Under the pieces are notes generated by a model, which worked only from the letters and a program-made list of their open reading frames with translations, made no database searches and had not been told where the DNA came from. A DNA stretch of 62,101 nucleotides, counting the filler, from Bipalium vagum (lineage: Eukaryota): NCBI GenBank assembly GCA_037834085.1. It is 3 parts of 3 records of this genome, joined end to end, with 100 filler letters (N's around TTAATTAATTAA, not from the genome) between each part and the next. Parts side by side here need not be neighbours in the genome. Positions count along the whole stretch, not along the records: positions 18,473 to 44,275 come from JBBMKC010176556.1; positions 44,376 to 62,101 come from JBBMKC010053911.1; 1 more part is not named here. One strand, 5' to 3'. The stretch's first letter is position 1, and each line of letters begins with the position of its first letter. The translations under genes were made by a program, and so were the position numbers. Below are positions 40,801 through 53,800 of the stretch, piece by piece.

Positions 40801-43723
40801 TATGTTAACTTAGAAAAAAGTCTTTTTGAATTTATATAAATTATCATTGATCAATTTCTTCGACATTTATGGTCTCAATTTGCTTAGTTTCCGCTTTTGG
40901 CATCTGATGGTTGGATAAATATTGAAGATCCTTTAACTGGTAAAAGTAAAGGACAAATCCATGTTCTTCTTGCTATGGGATCACCAGAACAAATAAAGAA
41001 TTTACAATTTTCCAAAGAAAATACCTCCAATGGACACTGGAACAGAAACTTTTTATCCAGCAATTTCGCGAGTAGTGAATTGGGTAAGGAATAATTTCTG
41101 CTTTCAGATTTAAAGTTGTTCTTAGTCTATTTTAATACTTTACAATTAATGGCATTGTAATTTTTACATTTTAAGAATCATCTGCTTGATTATTAAAATC
41201 AAAAAATTGTTCGTATTAAAAATTTAAAATTTTTATTTTTCTAATTCATTACATTTATTGGTTTCGAATCTATTCAATTTTATTGTAATTATTGGGTTAT
41301 TCAAAGAGTCAATTTACTATTTTTAGTAGTTTTAGTAGTTTTAATTTTTAATTTCAAAATTTTATTTTTTTTTTAATTTCAATACATCATAATTTACAAT
41401 TGATTTTTTATTTACATTAAAAATAAAAAGTAAGTACAGCTTGACCCTCATTGTTTAAACTTTTCGTGTTTTTAAAGTGTTTCAAAAATGGAGAACTTTG
41501 TGAGGAATATTTTGTTCTTTTACTTCAGAAACGGAAAAAAAGCCACCGGGACCAGTAAGAAATTAGTGAAAGTTTATGGCGAAAATGTGATTAAAGAAAG
41601 ACAATGCCAGAAGTGGTGTGCTCGTATCCGTGGTGAAAACTTTTACTTCTGCCTGTCAGGCCTATTACGATTGTTATCGACAGAAAGGAAGTAAATTGGC
41701 ATTCGACGTCAGAGAAATTTTGAGTGCCTAGATTTGTCCGTTGGAAGCGCTCACAGTCATTTTAAGTCCCCTGGTTTCATAAAAAAATTAAATGTCTGAG
41801 TCCGGCACGAATTGAAAAAAAATCGAAGTCAATCGAATTGACATTTAAGATCAAATCATGAAACGCGAAGAAGGCAACGCATGATAACGTGCGAAGAAAA
41901 TTTTCTCATCTACAATAATGTCGACAGAAAAAGAAGCTGGTCTAAATAAGTTAAAGCGAAAGAGAACCAAGCAAAAGTAGATATTCACCAGTAGGTAGGT
42001 TATACTTTCAATCTGGTGGGATTTGAAGGAACTGTCTACTACGAGCTACTCCCTAAGTATAAACTATAAGTTCTGAAATCCACTGTGAGCAGCTACGGAG
42101 ATTGAGCAATTCTATTCAACAGAAACATCTTGAGTTGGTCAATCGAAAATGGTTGGTCTTCCACCACAATAACGCACGGACACATGAGTTTGATCACTCA
42201 TCAAAAATTGATCAAGCTTGTGTGGGATGTTTTGTTCCAGCAAATAATTAAATTTTGGAAATTTTCTTCTAAAAACCTTTTTTGTTTGGCTTCAATTTTT
42301 ATCAATGTATCTATAAATGTTCTTTTTGGTTCATTTTTCATAATATGTAAGAATAAACCTTAGTTACATAAATATTAATGGTAATAATAATGATAAATGG
42401 ATACGTGTAATAGTAAAATAAAAATACAATACACTTAGTCCAATGCTTCTCCATTAAATCAATTGCATGTCTGGTGAATTTCCTAAATTGTTCCTAAGTA
42501 CAGCTGCTATAGGTTCTTTATTTGATGCAAAAAACCAGTTACAAAGGAATTGTTTAAGGTTTCGGAAAAGATGAAAGTCGTTGGGAGAAAAATTTGAAAA
42601 TTATAGTGGATGTTTAATCCATTTTTAATGTGGTCTGTTCGTTATTACTGTAAATTCACTTTTTTGGGCTGCTGCTTGTCCTAATAAAAAATAATTGTAT
42701 TTTCTTCAACCTCTACCTATGTGAATCTTAATTTCCAATTGATTCAATAGGCTAACAAAATCGGAGTTTGTTTTTTATCTTTTCCTTGGTAATCGATTTT
42801 CAAAATAAATTTCTCATCTCAGATATCTGTTGCCATAACCTTCCCTATTGATTGTTCTATCTTTAGCTGCTTTAGAGCGGAATATCCAGCTTCTGTCCAC
42901 TGCTACGGCCTCTATTTTAATTTATTTTGATGATAGATTCATGTTTCATCGGCAGTTAAAAAATGACTTGTGAAATTAATTTATTCTAATTAAAACCCTT
43001 CAAGCACTCTTCGGAAAATTGTTCTCATATGTATTTTTGGTACATTGCTAATAAATTTGGCATTACTTTCAAAAAATCTTTTCATATCTAATGTACTTTT
43101 TAAAATATTCCGTACACATTCATCCGAGATTATCTTTCTACTAGCTATTTCATAAGTTGTTATATCTAGTGTTACACTAAACATTCACTGGATTTCATCA
43201 GTTTTTTTGTTGTGGATACAATTTTTGTACAACAATTGAGTAGATCATTCTCAATCATTTTAGGACTACATTTGAATGCAGCAACCAAACTTTTCTCTTT
43301 AGCATTTGAAGGATTCCATTCACCAACACACATTTACTATATCCGTATGAATTTTTTTACCCATAATCTTTTTTAAATAACTACTACTGCGCTATTTTTG
43401 AATTTTTACTTTTTTATTGTTATTAGGTTAACATTTAGATACTCAATTTATAGATTTGTTTGAAAATTAATATAATTTTTCCAAATAATAATTCCATTAA
43501 AACGTGAAGCGCCAAAAGGTTCACGTAATCCATAAATATATTATAAATTAATAAGATCTTAGCTTATTCTAACCTTAATAATCTTCATTTTCAGTTGAGC
43601 ACTCCTTTGAACTTGATATTGAGTCCCTAAGAAATTTGCATTTGGAAAAATATTCAGAAGGCTTGTTACAAGAAAGCTATATTTATATTCAATATTATTT
43701 TCCCTTGCAGAATAGTATGGCAG
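27524..43723 (+). CDS. C2CD3: C2 domain-containing protein 3 (centriole/cilium), 5' portion, multi-exon
   Basis: Phase-consistent GT-AG exons: 27524-28639, 29206-29250, 31232-~31343, 31395-31749, 32697-32964, 36036-36270, 39199-39308, 39361-39448, 40137-40468, 40888-41083, 43595-43723. Motifs TSLPP..VKVLWWGEESEG..HFSAYLNDM, YIDYKFP..IQKWWKGN, LFGLVKIPL..YLSFK, VLLAMGSPEQI and EHSFEL..YIQYYFP occur in the same order as in vertebrate C2CD3. The gene is cut off by the spacer at 44276. Confidence 0.9.
30213..30789 (-). mobile_element. Internally deleted mariner (cecropia-like)
   Basis: TA-flanked near-perfect TIRs ttatgatggtgcatatgaaatgtctttt and aaaaggcatttcatatgcaccaacataa. The HTH remnant reads VHGDHIVSIRTIQRWFEKYRS..GRP. 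Confidence 0.85.
33630..35379 (+). mobile_element. Mariner (mauritiana/Mos1-like) with internal insertion and inverted duplication
   Basis: TA-flanked TIRs ttaggtgtgcgaataagtagccgga and tccggttatttattcacaaacccaa. Transposase remnants: KKTAAESRRLL, VPYEL, IVTSDEKWIYY, WWDQ, LLHDNA, EKVVATDGQYF. Confidence 0.92.
34590..34761. mobile_element. hAT (Charlie-type) non-autonomous insertion
   Basis: Begins CAGGGCTTCTTAAAC. It is flanked by 8-bp near-duplicates gtctatat and ctctagat (NTCTAGAN-type target). The empty site is visible in the inverted mariner copy. The right TIR is not recognisable. Confidence 0.6.
35380..35680 (+). mobile_element. Protein-primed family B DNA polymerase remnant (Polinton/Maverick-like)
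   Basis: YYDTNALYS*CLTLLLPT, then SFIYEVDLKHPKEL*NSAKYFPSCP, then KLMFTQFDK. These match the pPolB motifs Y.D.N.LY....LP and EVDL.YP.EL.....FP.CP. Confidence 0.7.
37349..37624. mobile_element. MITE with Tc1-like TIRs
   Basis: About 30-bp inverted ends gtatgtcccataaatacttgtgaaattaaa and tttaaattcacaagtatttatgggacatatac. Internal hairpin accaataacgtc..gacgttattggt. Confidence 0.75.
37742..38926 (+). mobile_element. Full-length degenerate mariner (cecropia-like)
   Basis: TA-flanked TIRs ttaggttgtatcataaaatgtcc and ggacattttatatgacacaacttaa. Remnants WWSMADL and FYKNGIQNLVIR*YKCFECNGDYFN*. Confidence 0.85.
41292..42242 (+). mobile_element. 3'-truncated mariner (mellifera-like)
   Basis: Left TIR ttgggttattcaaag after TA. 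Reads MENFVRNILFFYFRNGKKATGTSKKLVKVYGENVIKERQCQKW, LSIWWDLKE, VFHHNNAR, LVWDVL. Confidence 0.85.
42430..43410 (-). mobile_element. Degenerate mariner (irritans-like)
   Basis: Minus-strand remnants IHTDIVNVL, EIASRKIISDECVRNILKSTLDMKRF, HFLTADET, SPNDFHLFRNLKQFL. Confidence 0.75.
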
Positions 43724-43956
43724 GTATATTAATATCTTGTTTTTTAAAAAATTTTTATTATGCTATTATCCTTTTTTATTATTATTATTTTTATTTTTAT
43801 TATTTGAACTGCAGGATAACTTTCAATATACTTAAAGTTCAGATATGAATTGGTTTTTAAAATTCTCAATTCTTTTTGACTTCATCAAATAAATTTATTT
43901 ATTTGATGAAGTCAATCTTCAAAAATTAATAATTACATGTATTAACGAAATTATTA

Positions 43957-44126
43957 CAATGAAACCTCATTTATTCGAAACGAGTAGGACACAAAAGATT
44001 ATAATGAATTATCCGAGTTTTGAATTAACCGACAAATAATAAATTAATAGGATGTTTTTTGGACTTAACCGTTTTCAAATTAAGAGTTTGCGAATTAATC
44101 AAGTGTGAATTAACGAGGTTTCATTG
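43957..44126. mobile_element. pogo/Tigger-type MITE
   Basis: TA-flanked TIRs caatgaaacctcatttattc and gaattaacgaggtttcattg. The subterminal gaatta(a/t)c motif is repeated. Confidence 0.8.
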
Positions 44127-44275
44127 TATAGAATTTCATGGAGTCGTCTATTGATTGTTTGGCGAGATATAGTACTTTGGATGTCACTGAGATCCTTTGA
44201 TATTCTACGAGAGGATTTAAATCTATCCTGTAAACATTTTCTGACAATAATCCGATCAAATCTTGCACTTGTTTT

Positions 44276-44375
44276 NNNNNNNNNNNNNNNNNNNNNNNNN
44301 NNNNNNNNNNNNNNNNNNNTTAATTAATTAANNNNNNNNNNNNNNNNNNNNNNNNNNNNNNNNNNNNNNNNNNNN
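44276..44375. other. Artificial assembly spacer (N44-TTAATTAATTAA-N44)
   Basis: Same 100-bp structure as 18373-18472. Confidence 0.97.
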
Positions 44376-44800
44376 TAACAATGATTTCTAGTATGTGTTT
44401 TTAAGCAGGTCGTACTTGAAATAGTTTTCGCCTATATATATATATATATATATATATCTATATATATTTATTTACAAATAATAATTCCAAATGAGTTTTC
44501 TAATGAACGAAAAATATTTTTCCATTAACGTTATTCTGTGTAGTGTCAATATTTATTTTAACATTAACATTGACAATGAATAAGAACCCGTAAGTATAAT
44601 TTCTGTGACAATAAACTATAAATGAGTTCTGTGAATAATCTTAAATTTATTAGTGCAATTACTATAAAAATATATGTCTCTAGTATTTTGTTTTATTTTT
44701 CTCTTAATCGTTAATTGTGAAGAAAACGGATTTTTTTTACTATTGTTAATTTTATTTTTATTGCTGCATTATAAAATGTACAAAATAAAATTGATCACAG

Positions 44801-47800
44801 CTATCTGGTCACGGAATGTTAAGCAATTATGGAATGTCTAAGTCTACATCTAACTTGGGAAATATGCAAGAAGGTCCAATGTTACGTAGTCAGTCTTCTA
44901 CAGTTTACAGTTCAAGCTCGTCCAATTTTTTTTCCAAACGAATGTTAAGTTCCAAAATAGGCAGACGGAAAAATAAAAATGGAGAAAATTCACGAGTAAC
45001 TTCTGAAAATTATGGTCAGCCTCCAGAATCAAGTTTTACTCGTACTATCTCAAATCCAGATGAAGTCTTGAAACGTAGACGACAACGCAAATTGGAAGCA
45101 AGAATTGAACAGTTTTCTGGTGATAATGAGACTGGTGAGTAATAAATAATAGTTTTATTTGAAAAATATTATTTTTGTAATAATAATAAAATTATAATTT
45201 AATGATTGTTTTTTTTATAATTATTTCATTAATTTATGTTTTATTTTTTTAACTTAAATTGATATTGTAAAATCTTATTGAAGTTTTATTTATTGATTTA
45301 TTTATTTATTTATCTCACTTATTCCTCAGTTCATGAAACCTTCTTGAAAACTTAATAAACAATGTAGTTTCCTTATCTTAAATTTTAGGTGGTACATTGA
45401 AAATATATGGAGATTCTATCAATTCGGATATTCCTTACAAAACTCTTTTATTATCAATAAATGATACCGCAGATAAAGTCTTGTCCGAAACTTTGGATAA
45501 ATATGGATTGGCTGAGGAAGATCACCGATTTTACCTTTTAGTTCAGCAGAATATTCCACCGAGAAGCGAAAGACTTCAGTAAGACAGTTTTGATATAAAT
45601 AAAAATTACCTTTAATTTTAAGTGGAGAACTGCCAGAAGAAATAATTCTACATGAACAGGACTGTCCTTTAGGTATCCTAGTTCACTGTCCCCCTAAGAG
45701 AGGAAATGCCACATTTGCTATACGTAGAAGAACACCACTTGATAAAATTCCATCAAAGCCAAGAATGCCTCCATTTTCACACCCCATTAGAAAAACACAG
45801 CTCCCCATTGTATCGAAAAACGTTTCACAAGACTTCAAAATTCGTAAATCGTCAGAATCTTCTATTTCCAATTTTCCCATCGACAATGTAACAGGTTAGA
45901 ATATACATACAATTTTTGGAAAAATTCACACTGTATGCTAAACAGATTACCCACGATTTGTTAAATTGATAGTAAGCAATGATCAAAACGTGGCAAATGG
46001 AAACGAAATTTTTTCATTGTCATCACTTATAACAAGTAATTCAAGCGATGCCCTACCTGTCGAAGGATCCAAATTTATTAAGATCGGTTCACAGCTATCT
46101 GCAGTTGGAAATCATCCAAATATATTTCTACCTCAAGTAAGTATAAATAAATATTATCAATTGTGCTTAAATCATATTTCAATAAGTATGATTTAATATA
46201 AAACCCCAATCTCGTTTGAATTTACCGAATCACTTTAAAAAAGAACTTATTAGATTGGAAAGAAAATAATGACGTCTTTTAAATATTCAAACTTGACAAC
46301 ATATTTCTTGAGAACATTTTTGTTTGAACGCATTAATTTATATATTATTTGAAAGCACATTACATTCCTATAGGTTTTAGTTTACTATTATTACTATTTT
46401 CTAATTTATATTATTTGAAAGTCATGTTAGAAAATTACCAAATACAAGCAATCGCACTATACGAGATCAAATTGGTCAATAGCACTGTGGAGATCGCTGA
46501 TAAAATCAATAAAGTTTTCTATATGGGTACAGCAAAAGTCCATACGCATAAACTGGTTCAAAATATTTAGGAGTGGAGATGAAAGCGTCGAAAATGAAAC
46601 AGATTGTAGACGTTTGGCAGTTAACAGTGATAAATTTAACATCTGACCGAGGCAAATTCACGTACAATAGCTCGATAGCTTGCCAAAGACCTAATAGTCA
46701 GTCACCCAAGCTTTTTTATTCCACTTCTACCAACTTCGGAAAATATCGAAGCTCGGTAAATGGGTACCTCATCAGTTGAATTATTTTTAGAAAATAGAGA
46801 AGATACTCCTCGTTTTGTGTGTTATAACAACGACCCATTTCTTCATCGCATTGTTACTTACGATGAAAATCAGATTGCCTATGACAATTGGTGGTGGTAA
46901 ACAAATGGCTAAACAGTAGCGAAACTCAACATCAGTTCGCAAACCCGAGTTTTACATAAAAAGAAAACCATGGTGTCGGTTTGGTACTCCATGCTGGCCT
47001 GATATATATAGTCACTAATTTTTTCTCCTCAGCTCTGATGTTGCAGAATAAAAACTTAGTTATGATGCTTCTATAATTGTTTTGATTTGAATTTGACCAT
47101 CTGAGCACAGTAGACATCAGGGATAATAATTTCACCTTTAGAAGGTTACTTATAAAGAAATGTACCTTGTTTGTACCGTGACTCTTTCGCTCTTTCACAT
47201 AGATATTGAACTAATATAATATTTTTAAAAAATAAATAATTTAAATATTTTATACTGTAAATTTTCAAATTTTATTATTATATGTTTGATTAATACAATA
47301 AATAAATATCGCACTTTTTTGATATTGATTTTATTCTATTTTGTCTTATAAAATTGACAATTTCTTAATTTTTTGTTAAGGTTTTAAAATTTTGGCCGTG
47401 TTACATTGACGAACATAACAATTAATTCAACAATTATTAGTTTCAGAGCTAAAATTTCTTAAAATGAAATGTCCATATAATTACCAAGTGTTAATCGATA
47501 ATTTAGATTTTAATGCTAAAATTTAATAATAATAATAAATAATATTTTATCATTTTTATTTTATATAAATTATAACTATTTGTTTGTTATCTAGCATTAA
47601 AATTTTAAATTATTTCACACATAACAGTAACACAGTCAAGTTCTATTTCCTTAAATTATATATTTTGCACTTCGACTCTTGTTTTTTTAAGTAAAAAAAC
47701 TTCTATCAATTCTATTATAACCGATTTATTTTTATTATTCTTCTATAAATATTAATTTTTTTTGGATTTTACGCATATATTATAGTTCAATAAATTCTAA

Positions 47801-50800
47801 CTAATAATTAGACCTATCAATAATTTTCTTAAGAAAACTCACATTTATTCTATTAGTAATCGAGTCTCTAAATCCATTCATTTATTTTATGACTTTTTGA
47901 TTATTTATTTTAACTTAAACAAAATTTTGTAATATTTCGAAGAATCTCAAGTAAATATAAAATGAATTTTTTATACTAAAAAAAGTTACATCAAATAATT
48001 TTAACGACCCTTTTTAATAAGGATTATTATCCTGACATTCGTCCCACTCACTGCCACATAAGCTCTAAATTGGATCTGCAGACGTCCTCAATGAAACTTT
48101 CTCTGACTCCAACACTTGATTCAACTTCTCGAATTCCAAAATATTGTTTGGTTTACATTAATCAACAAAAGATCGATAAGTCAACAAAATTGCAAGACGG
48201 AGACACAATACAGCTTGGAGATTCAGTCCTTTTCAGATTTGAAGATTCGGTAAGTGGTGGTCATTAATTCTTATATTTGAAGTTGTTTGTTTAAATAAAA
48301 CAAAAATCTGTTTAAAAATTAAACATCTCTTATATTGATAGCTTTTATGTTTTTATTAATTAAATTAAATACTTTATAATAAAACTGAAGTCTGAATATT
48401 TATGTTCTCACAACGCTTAAAAAATTATTTTTCAAATTATTAAAATATCAATTGATCAAAATTTCATTGATCATACTTTATTTTATTGATCGATTGATAA
48501 TTAATTAGTTGCATTGGATTATTTGTCAAACATTTAATTTAATTTAATTTAATTAATTTCATTGTTGTTAAATGTTTACATAAATAAATTGTTATAAACA
48601 ACTTTTTAAAAAAACTGTAATTCTAAAATTGAAATGCAAAATTCTAAAATTGAGGTAGAAATGGTATATATGTTAATTTCGATTTTAATTAATTCAAATT
48701 TATACTGAAATAAATAAAATGAAATAATATTTTAAGGATTCTTATATTTTTATTTTATCACAATAATTATAACAGAAATTAAAACTTGGACAAAAATATT
48801 ATTTTGATATTTTTCGTAAATGAAAAAAATCTTAAGTAATCTACAATTTTGTAATTTCTTCGTTCCGACGATACCTAATTTAAACAGATTTCATTATATT
48901 ATCAGGTTGACAAAAATGAAATGACAGGTTTCAGTTTTATTATTTCAAAGATGTTTTAATCAATCAATTTTTATGATAATAATTATTGTAGTCAAACTGA
49001 AGCACCAATTTCGCTTTTTGTTAAAGGGATATAAGTAAGCAGTTCAATTTAAAATGCTTTTTTTGCATTTTCTTGATTATGGTTGAACAATATATCCAAA
49101 TTTTCTTTCCTTATGAATTCAAGCTTCATCATAATACATGAGAACCAACTATAAAGATTTTATTTTCGCATGATGTGATGGTTCTGCAAGCAAAAGATAT
49201 TTTCAGAAATTTAAAAGTTATAACTTTAGTATCGAATATGATGACCATGGAGTTCCAGGTTCTGTCAAACGTAACGACCATTTGAAAGCAGTAGTTGAAA
49301 GCGAAATGAAAAAATCAGTTAGAAAACTATTTGAATACTTGATTGTCACCAAGTCACCCATTTCCACGCATTTTCAAGAGCTTTGTCAAATAAACAAAAG
49401 TTCTATAAACTGAAACCATGCGTATTAAAAGATACGGAAGAAAGTAGTAAATTCGAAATTTATTCTTTTTTAATTATTTGGGATTGAAATGACCCATTTT
49501 GTCTTAAATTGTAACCTGTGATGAGAAATTGACCTTGTGTACCTAAGCCTTCACCAAAGGAAACTATGATTGCTGTGATGTGGTTTACAGCTGGATTAAT
49601 TCAGTGTAACTTTTTAACACTTAATCAATCTATCAAACCTCAGTCATACTGCAACCAAATTGAAGTAGTGTACCAGAAGTTGTCTGAACACTTGTTAATA
49701 GAAAGGGATCTATTTTGCTCCATGATAATGCAAGATCACCTTTCGAGATTTTATCTCATCCAGATTATTCACCGGACCTCTCGCAATAAGATTATCATAT
49801 GTTCAAAAAGAAGGAAATATTTCTGATTGATAAGGTGGTTCGGAACCAAGGTGACGTTCAAAGTGACATTCTTTTGTTCGTTGAGTCCAGGAATTCTGGT
49901 TTCTATAAAAAGGGAATTTATGATTTATTGTCCAGATAGCAGAAGTGTATTGAGAACAATGAATAAAATTTGTTTCATACCTTTTTTGATTTAGCTTAGT
50001 TACTTTTATAAAAAACACCATTTCACGTTGGACATTAGATACTCTTGAAACCATTCGACGAAGCAAAACGAACTCGTTTATTCCTAAGCCATTATTTTTA
50101 TAAAAAAATATTATTTTGAGTGATGCAAAATGATATTATTTTACTTTTCATACTGAAACGTTCATCAAGATTTTTCCCAAATTCTATTTGTTGTGTAATT
50201 AACGATTTTAGAAATTTTAATGAATTTGAAGGAAATATAAATAAAAAGTTATATGAATAGTAAAGACTAAATTTTATTTTAAATTCTTTAAAAATTTAAA
50301 TATTGATATTAGAATAAATTCTGTAGAGTATTGACGAAATTCACAATGGTTAATTTTTCAGCCTGATATTGAGAATATGTCACCGAATAAAGTCTCCAAT
50401 TATCTCGAAGAAGACGCGGTGCATTCGGTTAAGGTTAACTATTTAACGGCTGATCTACCAGTTTCGATGAAGCATAGTTATAATTTAAATGAACAAATTA
50501 TCGACAAAATTATGGATTTATCCAAGGTATATGCTGAAAATGGTTCAAAGGATTTGTTTAGTTTCAGTGCTGATCCGATATTTCACGATTTGGATGATTC
50601 GTTTCGATTGACACCGGCCTATGTATTTTATTTGCTGTTGCGATCTAGCTTAGGGAATGATCGACATGTGGCTCATCTAACCAATATAGTTGCACAAAAT
50701 ATCGACGATGTGATTCAAGAGGACAAGGAGAGTGTGGAAAAAGAAGTGTTTTGGTTGAGTAATTCCAGTGAATTGTTGCATTTATTACAATGTGATAATG

Positions 50801-53800
50801 AACTGCGTCATTTTAGTGGTCACGCTCAAGATATTTTAGCCAGTGCCATAGAACAGTCTTTTACGATTTTACAGAGCCAATTTTCACAAGATTTACTAAT
50901 ATTACTACCATCATTTATCGATCCCGATGACTTTGATCTGGACGTGAGTTAAAATAATTTTTCATAATATTGATTTATTTATTTCTTTAATTATGGAAAT
51001 TATTTTTTTCATTCTTTTTAACGTGAATTTATTTTAGAAATAATTGTATATCTTTAAAAACGTGATAGAATTTTTATTTATTTTTAAAAGTCATTAGTTT
51101 TTTATTATGTAATTCGATTTAGAAAAATATAATTGAATCAATTTTCTTTGATAATAATTTTAATAAATTGATCATTAAATAAATAAAAAAATGAAAATTA
51201 ACAAAAAAAATTGAATTTTCTTAGAAGATGAACAAGTTTTTGAAAGATTTCTTGTATGGCATCAATATTTTTCCGATAACTCTTTAATTTCAATGACTAT
51301 GTACAGATACATAACTGAAACATGATGATTATTGTTTCTCTTTTAATAAAATTAGACATAATTATTAGATTTTTATGTAACAATGGTCAATATTATCAAT
51401 AAAATCTAATGTGTGGGCTTTTCAATTAGCAAGACAGTAGTTGAATATTATATAGAAAATGTCATTAATTTTTGGCTTATTTCAATGCAACTTTGATCAA
51501 AGCCATTTAATTAAAACCAAATAAAAATAACTGGTTTATATTTTGTAAACCTTGGCCTTAAAAAGTTTGTTACGACATCAATCTCGTAATATTGAGTAAT
51601 CGAGAATATTTTTATCAACATTCTTTTTGAACTTAAAATTAATACTTATTTTTATGATTTTTTATGGTGATTTCACTTGGAAACGATCTTGTTTTCAATT
51701 TTGATGATCGAACTTATTTCAGGATGACATAAGAGAAGATAATATCCCTTGCTCAATCCGACCCAGTGTTCTGGATACATATGGCGATATTGATCATCCA
51801 ATACAATACATGATGCAAACCTTATCTTTAACCTATACTTTGTTCCATAACTGTCAGGTCAACGTCGCATTGACAATTCAAATGTTCAGCCAGTTATTTC
51901 ATTTGCTAAATACTTGGTTATTCAATTCTGTGTTGGGAGACACGTCCAATTCTCGTGGTCATGTCATTGAGCCACTTCCTGTTTGCCCAGAATGGGGTGC
52001 TAGACTTTTTCGACGTCTTTCTCGAATTAAGGAATGGAGTGAAACTAATGGATTAGATGTAGCTGCTAATTGTCATTTGCAAAAGATGTATCAAGTAATA
52101 ATGAATATTTAAATGAAAACAGTGTTACACTTTAAAACTTGATAATTAATTTAAAGGCAGCTGAACTAATGGAGGCTGATAAGAGAGATTTAAACAATTT
52201 TGGAGAGAAATGTTTAGAATTTGTCAATATAAATGGTAACCAGCTGCATTTCTTGTTGGAGAACTGTGAAGATTGTCAACTACCAAATGCATGGATTGAT
52301 GTGGTGGTGAATACAGCAATTCAGGTCCGATAGAATTTATGAAAATAAATTGTCATTGGATCATGTTTTCACAGTGGCACAATCAGGCGTTCAATGAAGG
52401 TGTTTCTCAAATGAAAAGTGAATTGCCGCTCTTTGAAGACTTAAATCTTCGATTACCATTGCTTTTGCCTGCGGATGGATATTGCTGTGATCGAGGAATC
52501 GTCAGTTGTCCAAAAGATTTGAGAAACATGCTTGATTCTCTCAGCGGAATGTTGACATACAAGATGAACCCTCCCACGATCAATCAAGTGGATACAAGAT
52601 GGAAAACATATCTTGGACCATACGAAGTTAGTAAAATAACTTTCTTTTAAAAATAATTTATCTCTGTTAATCAATAAAATTATTTATTATTAAGATAATG
52701 TTTAAAGCGCAAATAATAAGTTGATAAATGTTCAAATAATTTGTAAATTCTATAATTAAGAAAGCGATCCGCTGAAACAGACTCAAAATTAATTTCCATT
52801 AATAAATCGAAACACTTTTCAAAAAGTATATTTTTAATAAAAATCAATTATGTAAACAAATCATTTTTTAAAATAATTAATATTTACCTCAAATTCCCCT
52901 TCTTTAAAATTCTTCATCTTCTCTACATTGCGTTTAAATTCCTTTCCTTACTTATCCTTCTATACGTAGCACCGACCGTGTATCTTCTTTTTCACCTAGT
53001 TTGGACTCTCATACCTCTCCATGTCTTTCTGTCGGGCTTTTAACCAGGCCTTTATCTCCGATCTTGAAATCCTGTTATTTGGTTACATTCCAGACATTGT
53101 ATCCTGATTCTCGTTCTTGTTAAAAGTCCCCACCCACCTATCCATCCGTATGTGTCTCCCGAAAATCATCATTGTTGAGCTAGTTCTGATTGTCTTCGGG
53201 TACGTTGCATTTAACATAAATTCTAGTTCCGGCAGCATGATGTCACACTTTCCGCTTCGTCTCCTTTGCTAGATGCGTTCAAACAGTCCCTAATTGTTCT
53301 TAATTGTCTTTATATCTGTTCATTTGTGTTATGGAGATATGGGCTTGAAAAAAATAATTTGATACCCATGGAATCAGCCATTTATCTTATTCTTTTTGAG
53401 TCGAATGATTTATCGCAATCCGTATGGATCTCCGTAATTAAATATTCATTTTTCCATAATCACCTGTTTTATCGTCTTGTCGTCCTGTTCTAGGAAGGGT
53501 CCATATATGTAAATATTTTTGAAATCTTCTTGAGCGGCAAGTTTTAAAGTCGATTCCTTTGTTTTCATCGTAATCACTTTGTTTCTTTGACATGATGGAC
53601 ATGATTTCGTCTTCTTCGCTACTATTTTCTGCAAGTCTACCATGTCTTGAACTTCTATCTGATTCTAAAAATCAAGAATTTTTAAACGGTTAAAATCAAA
53701 AAATTAAATAATTAAAAGGAAATCTCTTTTTATTTTATTTAAGAACTAATTAAAAATAAAAATTAATCTTTTTATTTATTAAACAAAATTATTAATATTA

